A stretch of 64,000 nucleotides of DNA from assembly GCA_031426555.1 (NCBI GenBank), contig JANPLN010000015.1:61092-125091 (forward strand), read 5' to 3'. Within the stretch, counting starts at the first letter, position 1, and each line of letters opens with the position of its first letter. This stretch comes from Bdellovibrionales bacterium. GTDB taxonomy: Bacteria > Bdellovibrionota > Bdellovibrionia > Bdellovibrionales > JAGQZY01. Below are positions 30,273-41,845 of this stretch, piece after piece. A program made the translations under genes and the position numbers. The notes beneath the pieces are model-generated. The model searched no databases. It was not told the origin of the DNA and saw only the letters and a list, made by a program, of their open reading frames with translations.

Positions 30273-33047
30273 ATGCAACGCTGGTATGTGAAAACGCCCC
30301 AAAATCAAACTTTGGGACCTATGACCGAAGAGGAAGTCGTCGAAAAACTGACCTCTGGATATTTTGTTGGTCAGGAATTAGTTTGTCGAGCCAGCGAAGC
30401 TCGTTGGATCCCAATCACCCAGCATCCTGCGTTTTTCGAGGCCGTGGTCGACGAGATGGACGAAGAGCTTAAAAGAGAAATGGCTCCACCCGTAAAAGAA
30501 GAAACCACCGATGTGGGAGACGGCGATAAAGAGAAGCGTGAAGTTCCTTTGTGGAAGCGTTTGCAAATCAAAGTTCCAGATGTGGAAGAAAAAAAAATCG
30601 AGCAAGCGGCAGCTCAATCTGTTGGCCAACCTAAGCCGTGGGAACCCGAGAAACCGAAAGTTCCGCTGGCCCAGGCTCCGCAACGTGAGCAAACCAAAAA
30701 AAGTCTTTTATTTTTTGTTGCGGTAGTAGCAGCCATGCTGCTCTTTTTATTTTTTTACGAAACTCCCAAAGATCCCCGAAAAGATCGCATTCGCTTAAGC
30801 CCCGTGCGCTTTAATTCGAAAACTGAAATTCGCGAGGGCAACGACGAAATGTTAAAAAGCGCCATCTCCAGCTTTCGCAAACACACCATAACCGATTATG
30901 TGCTAACGCAAAATACACTGACGGCGTTGTTAGAAAAAAACGTAAAGTACCTCGATGCCATGGGTTTTTTATGTATGACCTACAAAGAGCTTTGGCCCTA
31001 CGCCTTTCAAGATTCAAAAGATATCGACACCATTTACCGCGTCTATCGGCAAGCCTCGGTGCTCAAAGCGAGCAGCGCTTCGGCCGGAGTTTGTTACGTT
31101 GTCTATTTACTCACCGTGGCCGAATATGAAAAAGCCAAAAACTACATGGAAGATGCGCTTCGCAGAGAGCCCGATTTATTATTTTTTAACCAGCTGATGG
31201 GTGATCTTTTAGAGCAGCAACGCAAGCACTCCACGGCGGCTTATTACTTTCAGAAGGTGGCCGACCAGTGGCCACCACCCGTTTGGGCAAAACCACTTTT
31301 GCAACTGGCGCGAACTCTTCGCAAACTCAAACGCTACGGCGAGTCCCTAGAAAATTATCGAAAGGCGCTCAAATTTTTTCCCGAACATCCGTGGGTGCAA
31401 CTCGAACTTGGCGTCTTGGAATTTGAAGCCTTTCGGCAAAACGAAAAAGCACAGGCCCTGATTACCAAAGCTCTTTCAGTAAAAACACAATTCCCAGCAG
31501 AAATGCGCGGCGAAGGTTATTTTGTGATCGCGCAAATTGCACTGCAAACCGGTTACAAGAAAAAAGCCCTCGAGTACGCCAACCAAGCTTTTTCCGTCGA
31601 CTCCGGCAACCAGGCCATAAAAGATTTTATTTTGAATCTCGGGGGACGAGGCGCGCTAGAAAACGTGCAGATCGATAGCGGAAACATGCTCTACCTGGGA
31701 ACACAGTACATGAAACTGGGAAATTATTTTGCGGCGCAAGCGGAGTTTCGTTTGGCTTTCGAAGCAGACCCCCGAAATGCTCTAGCCGCTTATCATGCTG
31801 GGCAGTCGTTGTGGGAGTTAAATCAATCCACCGAAGCTATCAAATGGGTGGAGAAAGCCATTCAAGCGGATCCCGGGTTAATTTCGGCCTACGCCACTCT
31901 GGCCGACTACTATGCCTTCCGTCATAACTACGAAGGGGCGGCGCAAATTTTAAAAAATATTTCCCGGCGTTTTCCAAATAACAACGAAATTTACAGAGGC
32001 TTTGCCAATATCGAATACAAACGCGGCAATTTAAAAATGGCCATCGATTATGCACGCAAAGCGCTGGACGCCTATCCGATGGATGTGGGTGCATTGCAAA
32101 TTATTTCGAAAGCCTATGTGGACTTGGCAGATTTTAAGAGCGCCTACAGCTATGTGTGGCGCTCTCTCGAAGTGGATCCCCACACGCCCGAAAACCACGC
32201 GATCTATTCGAAAGTGCTCGTGGGCACCAATGGCTTAAATGCAGCCGTCGATTATCTCAATCAAAAAATCGAAGAAGCTCCAGACGTCATCGTTTACAAA
32301 AAAGCACTGGCCGAAATTTTTATCGAATCTAAAAACTGGAACGGCGCGCGCACGCTGCTTGAAAATATTTTGGTAGTGAAAAAAGAAGACAAAGCAACGA
32401 GTATGAGTTTGGCCTACGTGTACCAACAGGAAGGCTATATCAATCGCGCTCTCGAAACTTATTTAATGGCGGCAAGTTTTGACCCGCTCGACCCGACGCC
32501 CTTATTTCAGGCGGGAGAATTGTACATGGAAGCGGGAAGCTACAAATCCGCCATTGCCCAGTTTGAGCGCGTGTTAAAAATTAATAAAAATTTTCCGCGT
32601 GTGTATTCGCAGCTCGGGCGCGCAGCTCTCGAAAATAAAGATTACGCAAAGGCCATTGAAATGGCAAAGATGGAAATCGAACTCAATCCCAGTCTTGCCG
32701 AGCCCTATATTTTGACGGCCGAGGCCTACTATCGCCAGGATCAGTACCAGGAATGTGCTGGAGAATATCAAAAGGCCATCATGCGGAGGTCCCAGGGAAC
32801 AGAGATTTATATTCAGATGGCCCGTTGCTATCGATTGTCGGGCGCTTTGGATCCGGCCATTCAAATGTTGGATAAGGCCGCGCAAATTGAATCGGGGAAT
32901 GCCAATATTTATAAAGAGCTGGGCGCGATTTATCATATGCAGGGGCAGCGTCAGCAGGCTTATAGTGCCTACGAACGTTATTTGCATTTAGCTCCCAATG
33001 CGGCGGATCGCGGAGCCATTGAAAAGGTTATGAAAGAACTTCATTAG
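30273..33047 (+). CDS. Large membrane-anchored TPR-repeat protein with an N-terminal GYF_2-like domain
   Basis: The N-terminus WYVKTPQNQTLGPMTEEEVVEKLTSGYF is GYF_2/DUF4339-like. One TM helix is present (LLFFVAVVAAMLLFLFF), followed by about 700 aa of TPR-type repeats. Confidence 0.75.
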   Translation: MQRWYVKTPQNQTLGPMTEEEVVEKLTSGYFVGQELVCRASEARWIPITQHPAFFEAVVDEMDEELKREMAPPVKEETTDVGDGDKEKREVPLWKRLQIKVPDVEEKKIEQAAAQSVGQPKPWEPEKPKVPLAQAPQREQTKKSLLFFVAVVAAMLLFLFFYETPKDPRKDRIRLSPVRFNSKTEIREGNDEMLKSAISSFRKHTITDYVLTQNTLTALLEKNVKYLDAMGFLCMTYKELWPYAFQDSKDIDTIYRVYRQASVLKASSASAGVCYVVYLLTVAEYEKAKNYMEDALRREPDLLFFNQLMGDLLEQQRKHSTAAYYFQKVADQWPPPVWAKPLLQLARTLRKLKRYGESLENYRKALKFFPEHPWVQLELGVLEFEAFRQNEKAQALITKALSVKTQFPAEMRGEGYFVIAQIALQTGYKKKALEYANQAFSVDSGNQAIKDFILNLGGRGALENVQIDSGNMLYLGTQYMKLGNYFAAQAEFRLAFEADPRNALAAYHAGQSLWELNQSTEAIKWVEKAIQADPGLISAYATLADYYAFRHNYEGAAQILKNISRRFPNNNEIYRGFANIEYKRGNLKMAIDYARKALDAYPMDVGALQIISKAYVDLADFKSAYSYVWRSLEVDPHTPENHAIYSKVLVGTNGLNAAVDYLNQKIEEAPDVIVYKKALAEIFIESKNWNGARTLLENILVVKKEDKATSMSLAYVYQQEGYINRALETYLMAASFDPLDPTPLFQAGELYMEAGSYKSAIAQFERVLKINKNFPRVYSQLGRAALENKDYAKAIEMAKMEIELNPSLAEPYILTAEAYYRQDQYQECAGEYQKAIMRRSQGTEIYIQMARCYRLSGALDPAIQMLDKAAQIESGNANIYKELGAIYHMQGQRQQAYSAYERYLHLAPNAADRGAIEKVMKELH

Positions 33048-33058
33048 AGAGGTGATAT

Positions 33059-34649
<1,591 letters not shown>

Positions 34650-34770
34650 CCGCTGGCCGCTGGTTGGCGCCCCGATGCGCGGCGTTCCACGCCTCTAAAA
34701 CATCAAGAGTGCTTGTCTCGTTCGGGGTTTTTGCATACATTGGCAAGTTCTTAAACCAAAGCTCGATTGC

Positions 34771-34860
34771 GGAGAGGTGGCCGAGTGGTTTAAGGCACCG
34801 GTCTTGAAAACCGGCGACCCCTCGCGGGGTCCGTGAGTTCGAATCTCACCCTCTCCGCCA
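34771..34860 (+). tRNA. tRNA-Ser (anticodon UGA), CCA encoded
   Basis: I folded the cloverleaf by hand. The acceptor stem is GGAGAGG/CCTCTCC and the anticodon loop is CTTGAAA. It has a long variable arm (CGACCCCTCGCGGGGTCC) and the T-arm GTGAG-TTCGAAT-CTCAC. Confidence 0.97.
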
Positions 34861-35116
34861 AATATTGTCATTGCCACTCAACAAACGTGGACGTGCAGTC
34901 GACATCTTTCAAATCACTGGCAGAATCCGATCTGATGGCTTAGGTATTGCAATAATACCCTCTGAAGTTACTAAATAATCCGAGTCCATATAGGTAAATT
35001 GGCGCCGGACATTTTTAACCCCAAAATTAGACTTTACGAGGAAATAAAGGAGGGATTCCAAACGAGAATTGCGAAGAATTTAACCGCAGCAGAGCGCTGC
35101 AACAAGAGGAGCTTTT

Positions 35117-35572
35117 ATGGAAACAAAAACGGAAAATCGCGATGTACAACAATTCACGTCATCTGCAAGCACAGTTCTTAAAGATTCGAAAGCATTGAGC
35201 AGTTTTTCAGTCGATGACATTGATCAGGCGAAATTTTTTTATGGCACAATACTTGGCCTCCCTGTTTCTGATGTCGATGAGATGGGCACTTTAAAGCTAC
35301 AATTGTCAGGCGGCAGTGAAGTCATGATTTATCCAAAAGAGAATCACTCTCCTGCAAGCTTCACGATACTCAATTTCCCAGTCTACGATATCGAACACAC
35401 TGTGGAGGAGCTTAAAAAAAGCGGTGTTCGTTTTGAGCAGTATAACGGCGAGCTCCAAACTGACAAAAATGGAATTTCTCGCGGAGACGGACCGGTGATC
35501 GCATGGTTTAAAGACCCTGCTGGAAATATTATCTCGGTTTTAGAGATAAAACAGAACTCCAAAATGCACTGA
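35117..35572 (+). CDS. VOC (glyoxalase/bleomycin-resistance) family protein
   Basis: 151 aa. [10 protein letters not shown] ... [11 protein letters not shown] fits the pattern of paired beta-alpha-beta-beta-beta modules. Confidence 0.6.
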   Translation: METKTENRDVQQFTSSASTVLKDSKALSSFSVDDIDQAKFFYGTILGLPVSDVDEMGTLKLQLSGGSEVMIYPKENHSPASFTILNFPVYDIEHTVEELKKSGVRFEQYNGELQTDKNGISRGDGPVIAWFKDPAGNIISVLEIKQNSKMH

Positions 35573-35656
35573 ATTGATTTTAGCCACAGTAAGTAGTATT
35601 CGGTACAAAATGCAGATTCTGTAGTATGCTTCCGTTTGGGTCTAAGCGGGGGACAA

Positions 35657-36721
35657 ATGGACAAAAGAGCATGGAACGAAACTCTAAAACCATTTATGGT
35701 AAAGTCCAACCTCATCGCCACTCGGCAACTGCTGGTGACACTAAGTCTTTTTGTGGGCGTTTGGTACTTCTACATCAAAACAATCCAAGTCTCTGCACTC
35801 CTGGCAATTCCCTTTGCACTGATCATGGCGTGTTTTGTTTTACGATTTTTTGTGTTGATGCATGATTGTGGACATGGGGCTTTATTTTCTTCGCCGCGTG
35901 CCAATCAGTTTTTTGGGTATGTGCTCGGCGTGATCACGGGGATGCCACAATTTGTTTGGTCAAAAAGCCATTCGTACCATCATTCCACCAATGGAGATTG
36001 GGAAAAGTTTCGTGGAGCTTTAAATATTTTAACCACAAAAGAGTACGCGCAATTGAATCCAGCGCAACAGCGGATGTACCGCTTTATTCGCCATCCACTC
36101 ACTTTGCTTATTTTAGGTGGGTTCTTTTACGTATTTTTTAACCCACGATTCAATTGGCTGGTGGGAATAATCAAGTTAACTAAAGATTTTTTTTCCACAG
36201 CTATTTTTAGTTCCCTGAAGGACGCTAAAAAATTGTTAGTAGACTGCCCCTCCAAAAAATGGAAGTCTGCCAAAGAATTCCGCCATATGACCTACAACAA
36301 TCTAACCCTGTTAATCATTTGGATTGTCATGTGTCGATCCATCGGCACCTACAACTTTTTTATTGTGTACGCCTCAGCTTTATCTTTAGCGGGGGGATTG
36401 GGAATCATATTTTTTACAGCCCAGCATAATTTCGAAAACTCCTATGCGGAAAACACCTTGCACGCCGATTATACCCGCGCGGCCATCGAAGGTACGAGCT
36501 ATCTGAAGCTTCCTGGAATTCTCAACTGGTTTACAGCCGATATCGGCTACCACCACATACACCATCTTTCCACAGCGGTTCCCAACTACCGTCTTGCCGC
36601 CTGTCACTACGCACTGGAAGGGCACTTCGTGGATGTTAAACGGATCCACTGGCGAGAAATTCATTTCTCCATCAAACACTTATTGTGGGACACAGATACA
36701 AAAAAAATCGTTCTTATTTGA
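35657..36721 (+). CDS. Membrane fatty-acid desaturase family protein
   Basis: The three His boxes are present (HDCGH, HSYHH, HHIHH) together with TM segments. The ATG at 35657 is preferred over the TTG at 35636. Confidence 0.85.
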   Translation: MDKRAWNETLKPFMVKSNLIATRQLLVTLSLFVGVWYFYIKTIQVSALLAIPFALIMACFVLRFFVLMHDCGHGALFSSPRANQFFGYVLGVITGMPQFVWSKSHSYHHSTNGDWEKFRGALNILTTKEYAQLNPAQQRMYRFIRHPLTLLILGGFFYVFFNPRFNWLVGIIKLTKDFFSTAIFSSLKDAKKLLVDCPSKKWKSAKEFRHMTYNNLTLLIIWIVMCRSIGTYNFFIVYASALSLAGGLGIIFFTAQHNFENSYAENTLHADYTRAAIEGTSYLKLPGILNWFTADIGYHHIHHLSTAVPNYRLAACHYALEGHFVDVKRIHWREIHFSIKHLLWDTDTKKIVLI

Positions 36722-36752
36722 GATTCGGTATTCGCTAGTTTAAGCGTTTAAG

Positions 36753-37625
36753 TTATTTTTCCAAAAGCTTCTTTAGCAACGCATTAGGAAATCGGCGTCG
36801 CTGCACGATCGCATAAAAACTCTCTTTGATCTCAGGAATTCGATAATGTTCGACAAGAATTCCGGAATCAAGTTCGTCTTTGACTGCTATGGGGGGAACA
36901 AGTGCTAAAAATTGGCTTTCTTTAGCGAGAACTCGCAACATGGCAATGTCGTCTACTTCGGCTGCCAGCAGCGGAGTGATGCCAGCAAGCTCCATGGCGC
37001 GATCAAACGAATTGCGAATATCGCTTTCGAGGCTCGGCACGAGGATATGCTGTGTTGCAAGATCTTTTGGGTACTGAAAGCGTTTCGCTTTTTTGTTTTT
37101 GCGACCCACAATGCTGACGGATTGTTGCTTCAATAGATAGCTATGAGTTGATGTGTGCAGGTCTGCTTTAGGCATGGTATTCGCCAGCACCACATCCAGC
37201 TGCAGCGACTCAAGTTGTAGAAGGAGTTCGCGCATGCTGCCCGAGCGAATGACAAGTTCCACGTCCGTACGGCCAATTAACGGTTTTAAAAACTCAATTT
37301 GGAAATTCCGCGACAGGGTGGTGATAGAGCCGACTCTCAGCACCTGCTTGCTAGTTTTTGGTTTGCCCTCCAGAGTATTTATCAGCTCGTTGCCAGCTTT
37401 AAAAATTGTGTTCGCATAGTCGAGAGCTATTTTTCCGGCCTCGGTAATAATTAATTTTTTCCCTGCTCTTTCAAACAGTGGGTGCCCTAAGTGATCTTCA
37501 AGTTTTTTAAGTTGCGAGGACACTGCCGACTGGGAAATATGCAAGCGTTCGGCGGCGCGATTGAGGGCGCCTTCGTTGGCGATGGCCCAGAACAAATGTA
37601 AATGGTGATAGTTTAAAGTCGACAT
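36753..37625 (-). CDS. LysR-type transcriptional regulator
   Basis: The N-terminal wHTH reads LHLFWAIANEGALNRAAERLHISQSAVSSQLKKLEDHLG. It is transcribed divergently from dabB. Confidence 0.9.
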   Translation of the reverse strand: MSTLNYHHLHLFWAIANEGALNRAAERLHISQSAVSSQLKKLEDHLGHPLFERAGKKLIITEAGKIALDYANTIFKAGNELINTLEGKPKTSKQVLRVGSITTLSRNFQIEFLKPLIGRTDVELVIRSGSMRELLLQLESLQLDVVLANTMPKADLHTSTHSYLLKQQSVSIVGRKNKKAKRFQYPKDLATQHILVPSLESDIRNSFDRAMELAGITPLLAAEVDDIAMLRVLAKESQFLALVPPIAVKDELDSGILVEHYRIPEIKESFYAIVQRRRFPNALLKKLLEK

Positions 37626-37632
37626 CTAGTTA

Positions 37633-37647
37633 TTCTATTAAATAGAA
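37633..37647. promoter_or_regulatory. Dyad ttctatt-a-aatagaa in the LysR/dabB divergent region (candidate LTTR box)
   Basis: Perfect 7-bp arms, located 8 nt from the LysR start codon. It has the A/T-rich dyad style of LTTR boxes. Confidence 0.4.
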
Positions 37648-37722
37648 CGAAATATTACAATATATCTATTTTTATAATACCCTGCTGTCCCCTATACTGC
37701 GAGTCAATAAAGGAGAAAACCT

Positions 37723-39360
37723 ATGACTTCCAACTTGCTGTGGCTTGTGGCGCTGGGGCCCGTTGCACTGCTTAGCGCATGTTTAATCCCAACTACGGTA
37801 GCTGACCTATATCCTCGGCCGTTAAATAGATTTGCACAAATATTGTCTTTCTTGTCTTTCGTGGGCGCTCTTGCGACTGTTTGCTTAGTAACACTTCACT
37901 CGTCGCTTTACACACCGCTTGCGGGAAGTCGGGGAATCGGTTTTTCGCTTTATCTCGATGCAATTAGCGCCACGATGTTCGTGTTGGTTTCATTCATTGG
38001 AATGGTCGTCGTCGCTTTTAGTCAGAATTACTTGGCTGGTGATCCAGGCCACGGACGATTTATGAAAATGATTTCAATTGCCTTAGGATCAGTTTTACTG
38101 CTCATCGTCGCAGGCAATTTTTTTCAGTTTCTTGCAGCTTGGGTTTCTTCAAGTCTTGCTCTTCATCAACTCCTCACATTTTACTCCGAGCGCCCATCGG
38201 CAATACTCGCGGCAAGAAAGAAATGGGTGGTCAGTCGCTTAGGAGATTTATGCATTCTGAGTGCGATTGCGTTGCTTTATTCCCAGCTGGGAAGTCTTGA
38301 CTACGCTATCATCTTTAAAGCAGCCCACGAAATGCAAACCCCAAGTCTCATCTCCTCGCCATTTTTTTTAGCAGCCCCACTCCTTGCGCTAGCAGCCCTG
38401 TTAAAGTCAGCGCAGTTTCCAATTCACGGATGGTTGCTTGAGGTGATGGAAACACCAACTCCGGTTTCTGCTTTGCTGCATGCGGGAATTATTAATGCCG
38501 GAGGGTTTTTGATTCTTCGCTTCTCGTCCTTGATAAGTCTCTCGCCATTCGCCATGAACATGCTACTCATTGTTGGAGCGGTGACCGCCATCTTTGGCTC
38601 GCTAGTAATGCTTACCCAAACTTCTGTTAAAGTTTCTTTAGCCTACTCCACGGTCGCGCAAATGGGATTTATGATGCTTGAGTTCGGCCTTGGAATGTTT
38701 TCGGCGGCGATGCTGCACATTATCGCTCACTCACTTTACAAGGCTTATGCTTTTTTATCGTCGGGTGAAACTGTAGCGCGAGCACCGTCAGCAAAAAATC
38801 ATCCAAAGTCAGTCTCTTTAAAGGGGGCACTTCTTACGTCCTCACTTGCAGTGTTTACGGCTTTATTCACGGTCACCATGGTCGGCGTCGCCTTCGATTC
38901 AACGTTATTCAGCAAACCAGGAAGTGCGACTCTCAGCTATATTTTCGTTTTGGGTTTGGTCACGCTGACTTCAACTCTGTTTGATGGACGTCTAGGCTCG
39001 ATGCTCCTCGTGCGTTTTGTAGCTCGCCTCGTAGGCATCACAATTCTATTTTTTAGTGTACAGTATTTTTCTGAGGCTCTATTTGGCGGCCATCTTGCTC
39101 GCGAGTCCAATCAGTTCAACCTAATTGATATTTTCGTGCGCGTTTGCATTATATTCGGTTTTAGTGCGATCACTATTCTTCAGAGCGTTCTCTCGCGCAC
39201 ACACGGAAGAGAGCTTTGGATCAAACTTTACGTTCACCTTGCAAACGGATTCTACATAAACACCATTGGGAATAGTTTTGCGATTCGGTTTTGGCCAAGT
39301 GCCGCACCGAGATCCACCGTGCCGGAGTATATACCCTATAAAAGACGAGGAGATTCATGA
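37723..39360 (+). CDS. dabB: DabB-like NuoL/MnhA-family proton-conducting membrane subunit
   Basis: 545 aa and polytopic, with a complex I subunit-5-like core (WLLEVMETPTPVSALLHAGIINAGGFL). It forms an ATGA overlap with the DUF2309 gene. Confidence 0.8.
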   Translation: MTSNLLWLVALGPVALLSACLIPTTVADLYPRPLNRFAQILSFLSFVGALATVCLVTLHSSLYTPLAGSRGIGFSLYLDAISATMFVLVSFIGMVVVAFSQNYLAGDPGHGRFMKMISIALGSVLLLIVAGNFFQFLAAWVSSSLALHQLLTFYSERPSAILAARKKWVVSRLGDLCILSAIALLYSQLGSLDYAIIFKAAHEMQTPSLISSPFFLAAPLLALAALLKSAQFPIHGWLLEVMETPTPVSALLHAGIINAGGFLILRFSSLISLSPFAMNMLLIVGAVTAIFGSLVMLTQTSVKVSLAYSTVAQMGFMMLEFGLGMFSAAMLHIIAHSLYKAYAFLSSGETVARAPSAKNHPKSVSLKGALLTSSLAVFTALFTVTMVGVAFDSTLFSKPGSATLSYIFVLGLVTLTSTLFDGRLGSMLLVRFVARLVGITILFFSVQYFSEALFGGHLARESNQFNLIDIFVRVCIIFGFSAITILQSVLSRTHGRELWIKLYVHLANGFYINTIGNSFAIRFWPSAAPRSTVPEYIPYKRRGDS

Positions 39361-41762
39361 TTGCCGAGGTCAAAATATCACAAGCCATTCAGCGTGCGTG
39401 CAATAAAATAGCACCCCTTTGGTCGTTAAAAAATTTTGTTGCTGTGAATCCATTCGTTGGTTTTAGCGATATCTCGTTTTATCAAACTTGCGCCCAGTTT
39501 AGGCGTGTGAACCGCGCCGATGTGCTAATGCCACGAGGGTTTTATAAGGATGCCTTGAGCTCCGGTTTCATCCAAGATCAGGATTTGGAATCGGCCCTCT
39601 CATTGGTCTCAAACTTAGCAGGGGCTTCCAGATCTATAGAGTCCTTAAAAGAAAGTCTTAGTAAAAGTGCAGTTCCACAGAAACCGAAAGCCGTGGTTGC
39701 CACCATCTCCGAAGTCTTAGATAAGTTGTCACATGGGAATCGTCAGTTATCGAGGACCGCTTTTATGGTCGACGAAATCGCAAAATTTTGTGCGGGCTAC
39801 TACGACGAGGGGCAAGCGCTTTTATCCTTTCCCTTAAAAGAACAATCCCTTTACTCGGCGTGGCTCACTTTGCAAAAATTTGACAGAAATCCCGAGTTCA
39901 TGGGAATCAGCCACTATCGCGAGTCGATTGCCAGGGCTCCAACGACGCCGACCGAAGCCATCGAGTTTGTGGTCGAAGCCCTTGGCATTCCTCCGCGTGC
40001 TGTAGAGGATTACCTCTATCGTGCCCTTTTCGATATCAACGGATGGGCCTCCTATGTTCGACACCTAGTTTGGAAGAGTGAACTCAATGGCGAAAAAAAC
40101 GATTCTCTCGTACAACTTTTAGCGATTCGTGTAGTTTGGGGATATGCGCTTTTTCTCGAGCGCACCGACGAAACTTTTAAGCGAGAGTGGAAGCTCGCTA
40201 TGCAGGAGGCGACTCAGCTTCCACTGGATCACGATCTCAGTGGTGATAAAGATTTGGCCATCGATATCGTTCTTCAAGAAGCTTACGAATTGGCTTATCA
40301 GCGGCGCCTTTTTAAATCGATAAACGAGGTCGCTGGCCCACAGATTCCATCAGCAGCACAGCGCCCAGCCCTGCAAGCGGCATTTTGCATCGACGTGCGA
40401 TCCGAGGTATTTCGCCGAGCGCTGGAGAAGGTGTGCGCAGGTGCAGAAACCATTGGCTTTGCAGGATTCTTCGGAATTCCTCTGGAGTTTACCCCCAACG
40501 GTGCCGAACAGGTGAGGGACCAGTGTCCTGTTCTTCTAAAACCTGCATACAAAGCCACCGAATCAGGAAACTTTCGAAAACGAGTTTCCGACTCGTGGAG
40601 GCGATTCAAACTATCCGCTGTTTCTTGCTTTGCCTATGTTGAGACGTTTGGTGTGTTTGCAGTTTTTGATCTTATCAGTAAAACGTTTTGTCTTTCCAAG
40701 ACCGCGCCACCCTCGGTTGGAAAAATTCATATTCAAAGAGTCAGCGAGTATGACAATCATTTTTCTGACACCCAAAAGATTCAACTTGCGAAGACGATTC
40801 TTCACGCCATGTCGCTAACAAAAGATTTTGCGCCTGTTGTATTGTTGGTGGGGCACGGAAGTTCCACTACAAATAACCCCCACGCCTCGGGATTAAACTG
40901 TGGAGCCTGTGGTGGTCACTCAGGCGAAGTGAATGCTGTTGTCCTGGCAAATATTCTCAACGAACCATCGGTGAGGGAAGGGCTTCGCCTGGAAGGCCAA
41001 ATTATTCCCAACGACACTTGGTTTTTAGGTGGCCTGCATAACACCACCACCGACGAAGTCGCCGTTTTAGGAATTGAGCAGGCTCCGAGTGCTTCTAAGG
41101 ATAAAATCAAAGAGTTGCAAGGCTGGCTCGCCCAAGCGGCGGGATTGAGTCGCAACGAGCGTCTACCTGCATTGGTTCCTCATAAGAAAAACGGCGCCAA
41201 GGCTGAAGTGTTTGCGCGCAGTCTGGACTGGTCACAGGTACGACCGGAATGGGGATTGGCAGGTAACACAGCTTTTATCGTGGGACCTCGCTCGCTCACT
41301 AAAAAAATCGATCTTGGCGGTCGCGCCTTTCTACATAGTTACGACTGGAAATCAGATGAAGATTTTTCTGTGCTAGAGCTCATAATGACCGCACCCATGG
41401 TTGTCGCCAGCTGGATTAATCTTCAATACTTTGCGTCGACCACAAATAATCAGGTATTTGGTGCAGGCAATAAAGTTCTGCATAATGTGACTGGTACGAT
41501 TGGGGTCATCGAAGGAAATAGTGGTGACTTGCGTGTAGGATTGCCGTGGCAATCTGTGCATAATGGATGTCAATTTGTGCATCAGCCCCTACGCCTTAAC
41601 GTGATCATTACAGCGCCAACGGAGGCCATTAGTCGCGTTATCGAAAAACATCCCAGCGTGCAAAATTTAGTGGATAACAAATGGATTCATCTTTACGCCA
41701 CGACTGATGGGGGAAAGATATCAGAACGTTATCTGGGAAATCTTAAGTGGAGTGCACTTTGA
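39357..41762 (+). CDS. dabA: DabA-like DUF2309 protein (putative carbonic-anhydrase-like subunit of a DAB inorganic-carbon pump)
   Basis: 801 aa. It carries the conserved metal-ligand contexts FCIDVRSE and LVGHGSSTTNNPHASGLNCGACGG. Confidence 0.85.
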   Translation: MIAEVKISQAIQRACNKIAPLWSLKNFVAVNPFVGFSDISFYQTCAQFRRVNRADVLMPRGFYKDALSSGFIQDQDLESALSLVSNLAGASRSIESLKESLSKSAVPQKPKAVVATISEVLDKLSHGNRQLSRTAFMVDEIAKFCAGYYDEGQALLSFPLKEQSLYSAWLTLQKFDRNPEFMGISHYRESIARAPTTPTEAIEFVVEALGIPPRAVEDYLYRALFDINGWASYVRHLVWKSELNGEKNDSLVQLLAIRVVWGYALFLERTDETFKREWKLAMQEATQLPLDHDLSGDKDLAIDIVLQEAYELAYQRRLFKSINEVAGPQIPSAAQRPALQAAFCIDVRSEVFRRALEKVCAGAETIGFAGFFGIPLEFTPNGAEQVRDQCPVLLKPAYKATESGNFRKRVSDSWRRFKLSAVSCFAYVETFGVFAVFDLISKTFCLSKTAPPSVGKIHIQRVSEYDNHFSDTQKIQLAKTILHAMSLTKDFAPVVLLVGHGSSTTNNPHASGLNCGACGGHSGEVNAVVLANILNEPSVREGLRLEGQIIPNDTWFLGGLHNTTTDEVAVLGIEQAPSASKDKIKELQGWLAQAAGLSRNERLPALVPHKKNGAKAEVFARSLDWSQVRPEWGLAGNTAFIVGPRSLTKKIDLGGRAFLHSYDWKSDEDFSVLELIMTAPMVVASWINLQYFASTTNNQVFGAGNKVLHNVTGTIGVIEGNSGDLRVGLPWQSVHNGCQFVHQPLRLNVIITAPTEAISRVIEKHPSVQNLVDNKWIHLYATTDGGKISERYLGNLKWSAL

Positions 41763-41845
41763 GACGCGTGAGGAGGGGCAACTGGTCTGTGAATTTCTGG
41801 TAAAGCTAGCCAATCAGAAAATTTGCCTGCATGATCAGCTGACAT

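Noticed and set aside
34695-34877. 60-aa minus-strand ORF.
   Set aside because: It overlaps the tRNA-Ser gene.
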